The notes beneath the pieces are model-generated. The model was not told the DNA's origin. It made no database searches and saw only the letters and a program-made list of their open reading frames with translations. A stretch of DNA of 64,000 nucleotides from Schmidtea polychroa (taxonomy: Eukaryota), in the NCBI GenBank assembly GCA_044892525.1, contig CM097885.1:29266001-29330000 (forward strand), in the 5' to 3' direction. Made by a program: the position numbers and the translations under genes. Below are positions 52,401 through 63,125 of this stretch, in pieces (the stretch's first letter is position 1; every line of letters begins with the position of its first letter).

Positions 52401-53716
52401 ACTGCAAATAAACAAATTTCGGCAGTAAAGAGATGGCTGAACAGAGATTAATAAAAAATTTGAATAATTTTGATGCAGTAGAGCCCTTAGAAAGTTAAAA
52501 TATAAAATAAAATAAATTTATTAATTAATTAAAATTTAATTGAAATCATAAATCATTAAAAGTTGATAAACAAAATTTTTTTTGACAGCTATAATAATTT
52601 TTAAAACTTCATTTGAATTTTGATATTTTGATTTGCCTATATGGTAAGCTTTAATAATTACCATTCTGGTTAAAGAATCAAAATCTAAAGCAAAATCTTT
52701 TAGAAACGTAACTAAGTAATAAAAATAAAAAGTCTTATTTACAAAAAATAAATAAATTACAAAGCATCTTTCGATTGAACCAAATTAGCAGAAAACTTTG
52801 TTGAATTTCCTTCACACAATTCTAGAGTATTTTCATAAAACATAAGCTTTACCTTAGGGACCCTTAGCGTTACTTATAAATATATGATTTATGTTGATTA
52901 CTAATTTTAAATCAAAACCTCAAAGATTTCTCTTTTTATACTTTGGTTCTTGTATATGTTTAAACGTTAATTTTGTTGAAACCAATAATTCATTATTTAC
53001 GTGTCTACTCTCGCCAAAGACTAAAATATGTTGCTTTTCATGTGACATACAAATCTATTTAACTATTTCTGAGATAACCATACCTTTAACCTCGAAAAAA
53101 CTCTTCTTTTAAAGAAGTAAATAAAACGCGGCTACAATGCTTTTAGAAACTTAATAAAATATGTACTTACACTCCAATTAATTTGCTTGACATTGATGTT
53201 TTAGCAGCATTAATTATACATTCAGGGCCAAGATCATCGACATTTAAAACCAAATTATTCATGATATATTTGCATGCCTCCCTGCAAGCTATTCGATAGC
53301 CACTTATTAAAATAGTTGGATGAATCTTTCCTGAAACCTGTTCTTCGGCGTTTTTCAACAATTCAGCAGCAATTAAAACAACAGATGTTGTTCCATCTCC
53401 TACTTCATCGTCTTGTAATTGAGCCAATTCTACTAAAATCTTTGCAGCTGGATGTTCAACTTCTAGTAATTTTAAAATCGTAGCTCCATCGTTACTTATC
53501 GTCACTTCACCAACATCATCAACTAACATCTTATCTAATCCGACTGGTCCGAGACTGCTTTTAATAATATTTGCAACTGTAACAGCCGCGAGGACTAAGA
53601 GAAGACCAAATGAAATGTGATTTCATAATTTATAAATTACCGTTTTGTCTTCTGATGTTATCTCCAGTTGTCCGGTCACCGTCTATTGAAAGGGAGCTTA
53701 ACACGTTCGAAGCCAT
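23415..53716 (-). CDS. TCP1: T-complex protein 1 subunit alpha (CCT-alpha), complete 5-exon gene: 53716-53641, 53594-53171, 51182-50627, 44295-43883, 23592-23415; 1647 nt, 548 aa
   Basis: Joined exons read in frame through GT..AG junctions: MASNVLSSLSIDGDRTTGDNIRRQN/VLAAVTVANIIKSSLGPVGLDKMLVDD..GDGTTSVV..SKLIG/VDSNFFAKMAVD..SMLGE/AEEVFQRRVCDDE..LRGAN..VVPGGGACE..ELKW/MGLDLQ..KSLKFATEAAITILRIDDLVKLKEEKRQQGGR*. Group II chaperonin motifs with CCT1-type signatures; introns of 46, 1988, 6331 and 20290 nt. Confidence 0.95.
23997..25009 (-). mobile_element. Decayed Tc1/IS630-like DNA transposon derivative in TCP1 intron 4
   Basis: Inverted motif GAACAAACGCATTTATAA at ~24004 versus ATGCGTTTGTT at ~24893 and ~24984; reverse strand ~24612-24470 reads DKFRLINAFENVENYEEFGGLFRITKQSIGTIIYRYKKYGEICKRKR (HTH-like). 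Confidence 0.55.
25615..26350 (+). repeat. Subterminal modular array of CTATAGTGAGGGGGTCTCGATGGTCCTGGGATTTTCAATACAAAAA units (mirror at ~41530-42460)
   Basis: About 7 reshuffled units, several containing the palindrome CACTATAGTG. Confidence 0.9.
26385..26990 (+). repeat. 30-31-bp tandem array, consensus AAATTACAGTAAATTATGGTCTAAAAATT (mirror at ~40780-41500)
   Basis: ATGGT recurs at 26521, 26551, 26581, 26611, 26642 and onward. Confidence 0.92.
27240..28920 (+). repeat. A/C-rich strand-skewed mosaic minisatellite (ACCAAGTACT, ACAACTAGAT, AACAACC words; mirror at ~38995-40525)
   Basis: Shuffled 7-10-bp words, G-poor on this strand; ORFs here are spurious low-complexity translations. Confidence 0.92.
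32575..32820 (+). repeat. ~19-bp tandem array (AAAAATGATAGAAATTCAC-like; mirror at ~35030-35335 with extra units)
   Basis: Visible periodic repeat; the right-arm copy is longer. Confidence 0.85.
34278..42596 (-). repeat. Right arm of the giant inverted repeat
   Basis: Mirror of the left arm with scattered SNPs and repeat copy-number differences (e.g. two extra ~120-bp units at ~41530-41790). Confidence 0.93.
43883..44295 (-). CDS. TCP1: TCP1 exon 4
   Basis: tttag|AEEVFQRRVCDDEMIIIK..ASILLRGANDFYVDEMERSMHDALCVIKRVLESKSVVPGGGACE..ELK(W)|gtaaat. Confidence 0.95.
46331..46415. repeat. (TA)n microsatellite
   Basis: ~42 perfect units. Confidence 0.99.
47894..48125. mobile_element. piggyBac-type MITE (232 bp)
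   Basis: TTAA-CCCTTTCGC ... GCGAAAGGG-TTAA. Confidence 0.85.
48235..48601. mobile_element. hAT (Buster/Charlie-type) MITE (367 bp)
   Basis: CAGTGCTTCTCAT ... ATGAAAAGCACTG; TSD tagtaacg/tagtaatg. Confidence 0.8.
48780..48990 (+). pseudogene. Adenain-like cysteine protease remnant (Polinton/adintovirus type)
   Basis: KVIIVNMYSSNLSEEHWLTIYVKSES then frameshift to VFDPMGFYY, resembling the IVNtd.s..pGeHW.a.y...FD..G pattern. Confidence 0.55.
49163..49348. mobile_element. piggyBac-type MITE, degenerate (186 bp)
   Basis: TTAA-CCCTGTCA ... TGAAAGGG-TTAA. Confidence 0.65.
49535..49928. mobile_element. hAT (Ac-type, TAGGG ends) MITE (394 bp)
   Basis: TAGGGGATAACCGAA ... TTCGGTTATTCCCTA; TSD tgaattat/tgaattgt; subterminal TCCGGAA repeats. 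Confidence 0.85.
50627..51182 (-). CDS. TCP1: TCP1 exon 3
   Basis: atag|..DSNFFAKMAVDAAMAVK..ILKAHGKS..GANVILTTGGIDDLCMKYFVE..MAVRRCKKVDLKRIAKATGG..MLGE|gtaagt. Confidence 0.95.
53171..53594 (-). CDS. TCP1: TCP1 exon 2
   Basis: cttag|..KSSLGPVGLDKMLVDDVGEVTISNDGATIL..VGDGTTSVV..KTSMSSKLIG|gtaagt. Confidence 0.95.
53641..53716 (-). CDS. TCP1: TCP1 exon 1 (start codon)
   Basis: ATG at 53716, MASNVLSSLSIDGDRTTGDNIRRQN then gtaatt donor; 46-nt intron to exon 2 in the correct phase. Confidence 0.9.
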
Positions 53717-54022
53717 TTATGACGATATATAATAATTTACTTGGAATCAATAAAGGATTTTCTATGGAATCAACAAATTTAAACAAATATTAAAATAATA
53801 TATATTAAAATATTTCATGCAATGTTTAAAATTATTTTATATTTAAAGCTAATAAAAATTATAAATGAAAAAACAACTTTTAAAATATATTATTGAAATG
53901 TATCACATCAGCTTAACTGTTTACAACAAGCATAAAAAAGATTAACTACCAGCGCTAGGATGAAATGCTATCGATATGGCGTGCATAACACACTGTGTGA
54001 TCTTAGCTGAGTTGACAGTTCT

Positions 54023-54026
<4 letters not shown>

Positions 54027-54097
<71 letters not shown>
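54027..54097. repeat. (TA)n microsatellite upstream of TCP1
   Basis: ~35 perfect units. Confidence 0.99.
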
Positions 54098-54099
<2 letters not shown>

Positions 54100-54470
54100 C
54101 GTTTGCGAAAGTTAACGTTATCTATAATATACGTTGGTGAGCACACCAGTTGAGGTGAGTCACCAATTATATGACAATGTTAACTTAATTTCATTTATTC
54201 AATTTTTCAAAAATCGTTTTAAGGTAGGTTTTTGAATTAAAGTAATTTTTAGGACTTGAATTTTGATTTTATATAATTATGAGATCATTAATCAAGTTCT
54301 AAAATATTACTGTTAGTCAGCATTTATAATATAACATTGATAATTTAATTTCAGGTGTTTTTTAGGAATTTTATGATATTTTATTTGGATTTATCTGGAT
54401 TTATTTCGTAAAAATGTTAATAAGATATTTTTATAATTATAAATAAATCAAGTATTCACCAAACATTTAT
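54097..54470 (-). mobile_element. Third remnant of the Tc1-like family, ~380 bp upstream of the TCP1 start
   Basis: TA-CCCGTTTGC terminus matches rc of ~25000-25009; gacttgaatttt and tcaagttct..aatattac are shared with 24170-24235. Confidence 0.5.
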
Positions 54471-55884
54471 TTTTTAAGTCATTAGCTCAGGCTTTCTCTT
54501 ATGGATTAATTAATTTTTAATTATTTTGCTATTTTATTACAACTTTTTCTAGGGATCCCTTCCTAAATTTTTATTATTGTTTCTGGATTTGTCTCATGAT
54601 TTCGCGTTCAACCATACCCATTTACCCGATCAATATTAATTTTTACATTTTATAAATTTTTAATTAATTTTGCACTTTTGTTATTTTGATGTTTTTATTC
54701 TAATTCCGTTTTATTTTGTGCCCCAACAAAAAGGTTAAATTGGAAAATTATGGGTGCTTTTTTATGTGAATTTATTTCATCAATCAAGAAACCAACCAGA
54801 CACATTTAATGGAGTCTCATTGCTTCTGTTCTTGCAAACATATAAATTATAAACTATCAGTTTCTCACTATTAACGCGTTATGGAATTCAATGATTTGTA
54901 TGATACCAATTCGGGTAGTTACAAAAATGTTTCCTTAGTCTTCCAAAAATGACACTTTGTTTAGAATGTCTTTCGAATTATTCCTAAAAGGTAAGACCAG
55001 GTACAATTGACAAGAGTAAATAATACAAATTGAGTTCTAATACATTACGGAACAAGGGCTCTTTCTCTTTTTGAAGACTTCATCAAAATATTGTCATAAT
55101 TGTTTCATTTTGTCAACCTTTACATGTAACAGGTTGAAAACTATTTTTCTACATAAATTTTATGGGGAACTGTAAATATTTAAATGGGGTTTAAAACTGG
55201 AATTCACAAAATACTGTGAATTAAATATTATATCAGTTTAATTTTTAAGTTGAAATGTTGTTTTCAAAATGACATTGAATTCAAATTATACATCCAAACT
55301 AAAATTCAACAGTATACAAATTGCATTCACAAACAAGAAAAAATTTTTTGTTTTTTCACACGCACAAGAAAAACAAAATAATAACATTAGACTAAATGCC
55401 AAATATCAGCCAAGTTCACAATAATCGAGATAGATAATGTAAACAAATACTTTAGAAGGTGAACGTGTGTATAAAAAGAAATAAACAATGATCAAATAAT
55501 CAATATAATATTCTTGAGATTTTTATTTTCATCAACATTTAATGGCAATGTAAACATTTTATTGATATCTATTTGAAATGTAATAATAATGTGATAATTT
55601 AATATAATTTTGTAGAAACAGTCTTTGTTTACGGTCAGTATATTTTTTGTTGATTGGATATTTATTTATTTCAAGTTTGTTTATATATATATATATATAT
55701 ATATGAGGAAGTTTTATGATGAAGAAATTTTTAAATTGAAAATTTTAAAAATTAAATTTTAGATTAATTTTTAAAAATAAATAAGAAGATATTTTAATTA
55801 AAAATATCTTCGTAGAAAATTTGTTTAAATAAGAAAGTTTTAAGAAGATATAATTTGATACTGATATTTACTGAAATAAAATTT

Positions 55885-56869
55885 ATGGAAGCAAAAACTG
55901 ATTTTAATGTTTTACAGGATGAACATCCTAATATGGTGGCAGTGGTAAACACTGACGCAATCACCGAAAGATTGCTACCAAAGGTATTCTGCCAAGGTTA
56001 CGACTTGGAAAAGTTCATTAAAAGATGCGAAATTTATTTCGACGCCAAGGGAATCACGCAGAAGAAAGATCAGGAAAGATTAACATCTTGCATGATTGAT
56101 GAGGATTTCCTGGAAGTGTATGCCAAAACACTGAAAAAAGCCGAAGGATTCCAGGCTAGGTTGCGATTGATAGGTTGTTTGAAGATAAAGAATTTACCAA
56201 AGAGAAATTAACAGCAAGGGTGTTAATAGTATGTGCGGAGAATAAAGAAGTTGAGAAAGAAGTGATACTACGGAACATAAAAAGCACAGAAGAAATAAAG
56301 GAAACACCAATTCTGATGGACAAACTAGACAAGCAAAGAGATCAGATAAACAGTATGAAAAGTTACGCCAGAGTGGTCTATCAGGAACCACAGAGAAGAG
56401 TACAATACAAGAAGAAAGAACAGAGAGAAGAAAGTATCCGAAGAGAAATGCCAGAATGCTGGTTATGCCACAAAATAGGACACAAAAAATTGATTGTCCA
56501 ATAAAAGGTAAAATAGAATGCTGGATATGTCATAGAAGCGGACATATAAGTAGAAACTGTCCAGATAAAAAAGCTCCAAGATGTTTTGGGTGTGGGAAAG
56601 AAGGTCATATAAGAAGATTGTGTCAGGAAATACGTTGTGAAAGATGTAGCAGAAATGGTCATAGATCCGAGGAGTGTTATACAAAGATGAGGTACGGGAG
56701 AGCGACGGAGAGACAAAGATTCACGGGAAACAGATACAGTCAGATAAATGATATCGAGGAAGAAGAAGAAAGGGAATCGCGTGTAGAGACAAATGAAGAT
56801 AATTTTAGGAAGACGTACCCAAACAACAGGGCTCCACCAGTAGAGGAGTTGGTTGGAGCCATATTCTAA
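55885..56869 (+). pseudogene. gag: Gypsy gag with four CCHC zinc knuckles, two frameshifts
   Basis: CWLCHKIGHKKIDC (across a frameshift), CWICHRSGHISRNC, CFGCGKEGHIRRLC, CERCSRNGHRSEEC. Confidence 0.9.
55934..55946 (+). promoter_or_regulatory. Primer-binding site, tRNA-Leu type
   Basis: TGGTGGCAGTGGT directly after the inferred LTR end CATCCTAATA; one mismatch to the TGGTGGCAGCGGT Leu PBS. Confidence 0.65.
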
Positions 56870-58529
56870 CAGAAAATTTGATGGGATATCCTCAAGGGGC
56901 AGAAAAGTGGGAGAATGTTGGAAGGGTAAGCGAGAAAGTATACAGGTTCCTAAAGAAAGAAATGTTTGAAGAGGAAGTGGAAAGAATTGGAACCATTGAA
57001 ACGGAGCAGGTTGTTGAAAATTTGTATAACAAAATGCAAGGAAGGCCTAGTATAACAGTAAGGATGAATGGGGAAAATTTCGACTGTTTATTAGACACTG
57101 GTGCAAGAATCAATGTAATGAGTGTGAACTGGTTTAACAAGCTATGGGGACAACAATTGACGAAAAGTGACGATAAGTTACGATGCGCAAACGAGAGTAC
57201 GATCGAGACAATAGGAAAAACGAAGGTGCAAGTAACCATTGGAAATGTTTCGAGGCTAGTGGAAAAGACAAGAACTATATTTGTAACATTGAAGCAAAAT
57301 TTGGCAGAAAAATAAAGGATGAAGAACGATTGATACGAGCGTTGGAACAGTTAAAGATCAATGAAGATAGCAAATTAAAGGAAATTATAACAAACAGTGG
57401 AAACGTGTTTATGGCAGATAAATGGGATGTGGGTTGCACACATTTCGTAAAACACAAGATAGTTACAAGAGGTGAGCCGATAAACATAAAACCATATCGC
57501 CAACCACTAAATTTGGAATCAAAGATTGAAGAAGCAATACAAAATTTGTACGAAAATGGAATTATACGGAAATGTAACTCTCCATGGAATACACCGCTAA
57601 AATGTGTATGGAAAAAAGAGAAAAAGGATATTAGACTATGCTTGGACTTTAGACAGTTGAACGCGGTAACAGAGAGGCAGGCATTTCCAATGCCAAACAT
57701 AGACGAGATGTTGGATTTGTTAGGAGGATCCGTCTTTTTCAGCTCAATCGATCTAGGTAATGCATATTACCAAGTGGAACTAGAAGAAGAATCACAGGAG
57801 AAAACAGCTTTCTCAACAAAGAACGGGCAATATTGTTTCAACAGAATGCCGTTTGGAATTGCAGCAGCACCAGGTACGTTCCAAGAAATGATGACAAAAG
57901 TATTAGGCAAAATAAAGGGAGCAATGGTGTATTTGGACGACATCTTGATTTATTCAAGCAGTAAAGAGAAACACTATACAATACTCGGAGAAGTGTTAAA
58001 GGCGATTGAGGAAGCAGGCATAAGGATTAATCCAGAAAAATGCCAAATAATAAATGAAGAAATCAGATTCTTAGGATACATAATCAGCAAGGAAGGAGTA
58101 CAGACAGATCCATCTAAAATTCAGGCCATACAGAACTTTGGGAAGCCTAATTGCGTAAAGAAACTCCGAAGCTTTTTAGGTATTTGCAATTTTTATAGAA
58201 GATTCATCAGTGATTATGCAAAGAAGGCAAGGATGTTAGAACAATTATGTAGCGGACCAAGTAACAAAAAATTAGAATGGAGTGAAGGAACGAATAGCGT
58301 GTTTGAGGGATTGAAATTAGCACTCACGACGGCGCCAATCCTATGTTTTCCGGATCTGAAAAAGGAGTTCATTTTAGATACCGACGCTAGTTTCGATACC
58401 ATTGGAGCAGTACTTTCACAAAGAGATAAAGATGGAAAGGAAAGAATAATTGCGTATGGATCACACTCGATGACGAGCCACGAGAAAGGATATTGTATTA
58501 CAAGAAAGGAACTATTGGCGATATATTAT
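56818..58529 (+). pseudogene. pol: Gypsy pol: aspartic protease, reverse transcriptase, partial RNase H; no integrase
   Basis: LLDTGA; SPWNTP, RLCLDFRQLN, MPFG, YLDD; FILDTDAS..GAVLSQ..KELLAI; frameshift near 57255. Confidence 0.95.
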
Positions 58530-59572
58530 TGTTGGGTTTTGGATTATTTCAAGTCGGTTCTCTCTGACTCCTGGTGTTCTTTAAATTAAAACAATGAACG
58601 ACCCAACGTATATTGAAACAACAAGTTCACAATGTATTATCACGCTACAATTACCAATCAAAGTTTTATACGATTCTCCGCTCGGCGTTGATGCTTTGCC
58701 AACAAACAATATTCACCTTTTGTTCCTTTAGTTCTCTCGACTCTCTTTTTCCTCGGTTTCTCTTTGGTTTGATCCCTTTCTGCCTTTCCGTATTCTTAAT
58801 TCTATTTCTTCTTTTCCCTACTTCCCTAAATTCGTTTTTTACCTCTCGACTATTCTCGATTCTTCTTACCCTACCTGAGGCAAAATGCCGATTTTCTCTG
58901 ATTTTCCCTTTGCTTATATACTCCTCGAAATCAGGATGACAAATGGTTATTGTCGAACCAATCTTTCGTTTGACATTTTCTCCTACGTGTTTGCTTCGGC
59001 TGTCATCCATAATAATTAATGGCCCTACCGGTCTTCCTACGCGCGCTATCTTCTCCTTACTCTTTTCCCATTAATCATTGTGTCAAGCTAATGGGCCCAA
59101 ATCTTCCTTTTGTTTGCCTTTCTTCTTGTTTACCCAGCTCGGGTTTCCTTTATCTCTCGGGTTCTCCATTGGCTCGGGTTTCCCATTAGCTCGGGTTTTC
59201 CATTAGCCAATTAATTAATTAATTAACGTTTTCTGTTTTCATACATTTGAATGTTTTTCGACCCTTCCTAACCCTTTTCTGATAAATCCCTAACCATCAT
59301 CTTGTTGACCATTAGCTAATCTATACCTGTCCCGTTTTTCCCATTCGATTTCGATGATTTTTCCCTTTATTGATTTTTCTCGGATTTCCGGATTCTCGCC
59401 TTTCGTAATTGCTTTTGGCATTTTCTAATACTGTTTCTATCACACTTTCCTTTACTATTGATTCTGTGCACGATCCCGCTTTTATTTGCCTTTTTTTCCT
59501 CGCTTACTTTCCATTTGAATTATTATTCTAAATTTTATTTAAATTTTTAATTTTAATTTACAGACCTCAACA
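58530..59572 (-). mobile_element. 3' LTR (1043 bp) of a second LTR retrotransposon inserted into the Gypsy RNase H
   Basis: Minus strand TGTTGAGG...CCCAACA, preceded by TTTCGAGGACGAAAAAATTTTTTAAGGGGGGAGATA (polypurine tract at 59573-59586); homology to pol stops exactly at 58530. Confidence 0.8.
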
Positions 59573-59856
59573 TATCTCCCCCCTTAAAAAATTTTTTCGT
59601 CCTCGAAATTTACGTTTTGTTGCCTATGTCCTGATTATTATAAAAGAAATTATAGGCCAGCTGAAATTACATTATTGATTTTATATTTAGAGCAATTTAG
59701 TTGTCTGCTGAGAGAAACTCGACGAATGGAATGGACTTATTATTATTATTGTTGCAATCTTCCAGCTTGGGGATAAAATATAGATTTCTAAAATTTATCT
59801 ATATTAAACGAAATTTTCGTTTAAATATATATAATCTTTTTCAACGTTTGAAAGGC

Positions 59857-59982
59857 ATTATTATTATTATTATTATTATTCTTATTAGTATTATTATTAC
59901 CATTATATCACCATTATTATTATCATTATTACTCTTATTATTCCTTTATTACTATTATTACCATTATTATTATCATTATTAC

Positions 59983-60071
<89 letters not shown>

Positions 60072-60073
60072 TA
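59857..60073. repeat. (TTA)n microsatellite with a degenerate 5' part
   Basis: Visible triplet run; explains the poly-Leu/Ile/Tyr ORF. Confidence 0.98.
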
Positions 60074-60508
60074 TTTTTATTAAAACCATAAGGAATATAG
60101 ATATCCTTATCTATAATTCCCATGAAAAATTTTCAGTCTGATGACATGAGACAACAAACCCTTTTAGATTATTAATATTTTTCATTGATTTTGCTACAGA
60201 TTATCAATAAAAATATCCAGGCGGTGACAGCACAGAAACCAGATCCCGATAACACGCGGTATGATTTATTTTTATTTGAGAATTAAGAAAAATTTTTTCT
60301 CTTGTAGTGAAGGATGGGGAAATTTTTCCTCCAATAAAAAATTGTGAGCACGAGTAAATCCTCCTCGTGTGATTCGTTGAGCCATTTCCCATATGTATTT
60401 GAAATTTCCCTCAGATGTTATTTAATTCTGATCAGATTAATACGATTCCAAAATCAAGAAAGCAAGTAAAATAACTTTAAACTAATTCTTGAAGAAATTT
60501 TTTATTAG

Positions 60509-60575
60509 CACAATGGGATGTTCAGATCAAAACTCTGATTATATGTTTAAAATTTTAATTATTGGAAAATCGTGT
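60509..60575 (+). pseudogene. Rab3-like N-terminal exon fragment
   Basis: SDQNSDYMFKILIIGKS versus Rab3 SDQNFDYMFKILIIGNS; preceded by a ttag acceptor; breaks before the P-loop GKT. Confidence 0.7.
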
Positions 60576-60576
60576 T

Positions 60577-60905
60577 CCGTTTTTGGTAATTAGTTTAGGG
60601 TATTGTTTGTATGTTTATTCGACGAGAGAATCCAATTTCTGGTGGTCAAATATCAGTGATGTTGAAAAATTGATTTCGTTCCGAACCGAACAAGGCTTAT
60701 ATTATTTATATTACCAAGAGTTCATTGATCAAGATAGTATTTTGAATGGTAGTGAAACATGATTTCAATTTTAATTTTGTATCTTGAATTTAGGTTTATA
60801 TATTTTGTGTAAAAATAATATGACTGAATATCCAAATGTGATCAATGTTATCAATCGAATGAATATTTGGCAAGAAATGTTTTTTTGGTTTCATTTACAA
60901 GATTA
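60577..60905 (+). pseudogene. DPY19-like C-mannosyltransferase N-terminal fragment, two exons (intron 60749-60793)
   Basis: ESNFWWSNISDVEKLISFRTEQGLYYLYYQ..NG/LYILCKNNMTEYPNVINVINRMNIWQEMF matches the DPY19 SFRTExGLYYSYY and NxTEYPxxINxxxRxNxYxE motifs; no further DPY19 exons seen. Confidence 0.8.
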
Positions 60906-61612
60906 TAAAAACTTTTATATACTATTAAATAATATTTAACTTAAGATTATGCCTCATATATTTTGTTAATCAACTATCGGCGACCGATTGTTTTAGGTAA
61001 TTTTGTAATGGCACCCGAATTTGGTTATATAATATTTATATCGATGTAAATTTTTAGCTGTTTTACCAAGTCATCGTGAAGAAAAAAAAGAAATTAATTT
61101 AACCGTTTGCGGACCACACACGAATTTTATTCCAGGCGTTCAACAATGTATAATGGACAGCTGTACTGGCCAAACTTTATATTTATACCATGATATTAAC
61201 CATTCGTATATTAAAAAAAATTTTATGCTAAAAATAATTCAGTTGGGAAAACTTCATTTTTATTTCGTTGTGCTGATGATAGTTTTACGTCAGCTTTCGT
61301 ATCTACTGTTGGCATTGATTTTTAGGATATTATCTGATCCTTTTTTTTTCAGGATACAGTTATTTAATTCTGATCCGAAACACAGTTAAAGATATTATCT
61401 GATATTAGACATTTTCAGGATCTTTCAAATGGTCGAGTAGACTAAAGACAGTCTGGTAAGGTTATTGTAGTTAAAACCTCTCTCAGAATAAATGATGAAT
61501 TTATTAGAGATATGAATATATGGTTCCAGAATGCTATGCAGTTAGAAGCGATGATTGAGGAATGTTAAGAATTGATGATCTACGTGAAACATAAACTTCT
61601 TCAAAAATTTAA

Positions 61613-61724
61613 GTTTCATGATTAATTCATATTAAATATTTTAATTAGATTATTATTTTAAAAAAATTGTTTCATGATTAATTCATATTAAATATTTTAA
61701 TTAGATTATTATTTTAAAAAAATT
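61613..61724. repeat. Perfect 56-bp tandem duplication
   Basis: GTTTCATGATTAATTCATATTAAATATTTTAATTAGATTATTATTTTAAAAAAATT twice. Confidence 0.95.
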
Positions 61725-62974
61725 GAAAACATAGTGAAAATTATTTTACTTAAAAATCTTCATTAGGAGGTAATTAAAAATAAATGAAACTATTTAATCG
61801 CAAAATGTGAATTACTCAAAAATGGTGTCGTACAGTATTTCATTTGAGTATTCTGAGGTACAGAACACTGAAAAAGTATTAAAGGTGAAATTGATTTAAT
61901 ATAATTTCTTTATACAAAAGTGGAAATTGAAGCAAAATGGCCAAATTAAAGACATTCAATTAGCTAAATTATGTGGTCTACATATTCATTTAACATTCAA
62001 AAGTTGTTTTAATTTTATTATCCACGTAAATTCTCATAAAAAATTTAATTCTCTGAGATGAAAATAAAGTTTGATTTGAATAATTAATTCATTAGAAAAA
62101 AAAATTTGCAATCATAAAAAGTAATTTAGTTGTTTCAAAAAAATTTTTAAATTAAATTATATTTTGTTGGAATCATTTTTTCCTTTTCGAAATATTATGT
62201 TTTTTTTTTGGATTCCACGTTATTTACAACCCCAGTCAAAATTTGATATTTGCTGTGGTTGTTGTTATTGTTCAAGATGAATAAGGTTTACCAAAAATAT
62301 GGATAAAATTGTGGTTAATAACGGAGTTGAGCAGTTGATGGGGTATGCTTGTGTGTCTGTCTGTGTGTGTCTTTACGATTAAGTAGTTCACGGTACTTGT
62401 ACATTAATCGGGGTTCTTTGTGTGTATCTATAAATGAGTGCACTTGCGTGTATGTGTGTGTCAATTTTCTTCAAAATTCATCCCAATGGTGAATGTATTT
62501 CAATCTGATTGGTCAGTCATTCTACTTGTCAGACACAACCGCAAATTTTATTATCGACCCGGGAACAAAAATTAGCTCAACCCAATAACAGAATTGGTTG
62601 TTTTTAAATATTTCTAGGGAGCGCATATTGAATTTTGGAAGCCATTGTGACTCGAATTTTCTGGGGCTTTTATTTTGATAAACCACTGATAAAATTTTTT
62701 ATTTTATTGATTGCGGAAATCGATTTTTATGTGCAAAATATATGCCTAATTTATTCTCAGTTGCAAGGTAATTTATTTTTATTTTTTTTTCTTTCATCAT
62801 TATTACTATTATTATTAATATTATGATTTAAAAATAATTTTTTGTTATTAATAACTTGTTGGTTTATTTCGCTCGCAGCATGGTAAAAAGTTAATCTCCC
62901 CCGCACCGACCAACTGTTTACTCAGCCTGATAAGGTATCTGCGATGAACATTAATATTCCGAATGAATTTTTTC

Positions 62975-63125
62975 TTATCCTGCGGTTTTTGACGTAGCCG
63001 ATACCGATAGGCTCTATAATAATTTTACCCTGTGGTTTCTTACGTAGCCGTGCTGATAAGCTTTCTAATTAATTACTCTGTAGTTTGTCAACGTAGTCTG
63101 TACTGATAAGCGTTCTATATAAGTT
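62975..63125 (+). repeat. Three diverged ~49-bp tandem units
   Basis: CTGYRGTTT..ACGTAGYC..GATARGC..CTA recurs three times. Confidence 0.75.

Larger units (their letters stand above)
55704..58529 (+). mobile_element. Ty3/Gypsy LTR retrotransposon, 5' portion (short 5' LTR ~55704-55933, PBS, gag, pol), truncated in RNase H
   Basis: Domain order gag-PR-RT-RH; starts TG after a (TA)n tract; PBS-like sequence at 55934. Confidence 0.9.

Noticed and set aside
58613..59010. ORFs following the Gypsy pol as integrase or env
   Set aside because: No HHCC or DDE motifs; they lie inside the purine/pyrimidine-skewed inserted LTR
59701..60141. 146-aa poly-Leu/Ile ORF
   Set aside because: Translation of a (TTA)n microsatellite
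60137..60175. CTGATGA hammerhead core candidates (also near 63947)
   Set aside because: No correctly placed GAAA and no stems I-III found by eye
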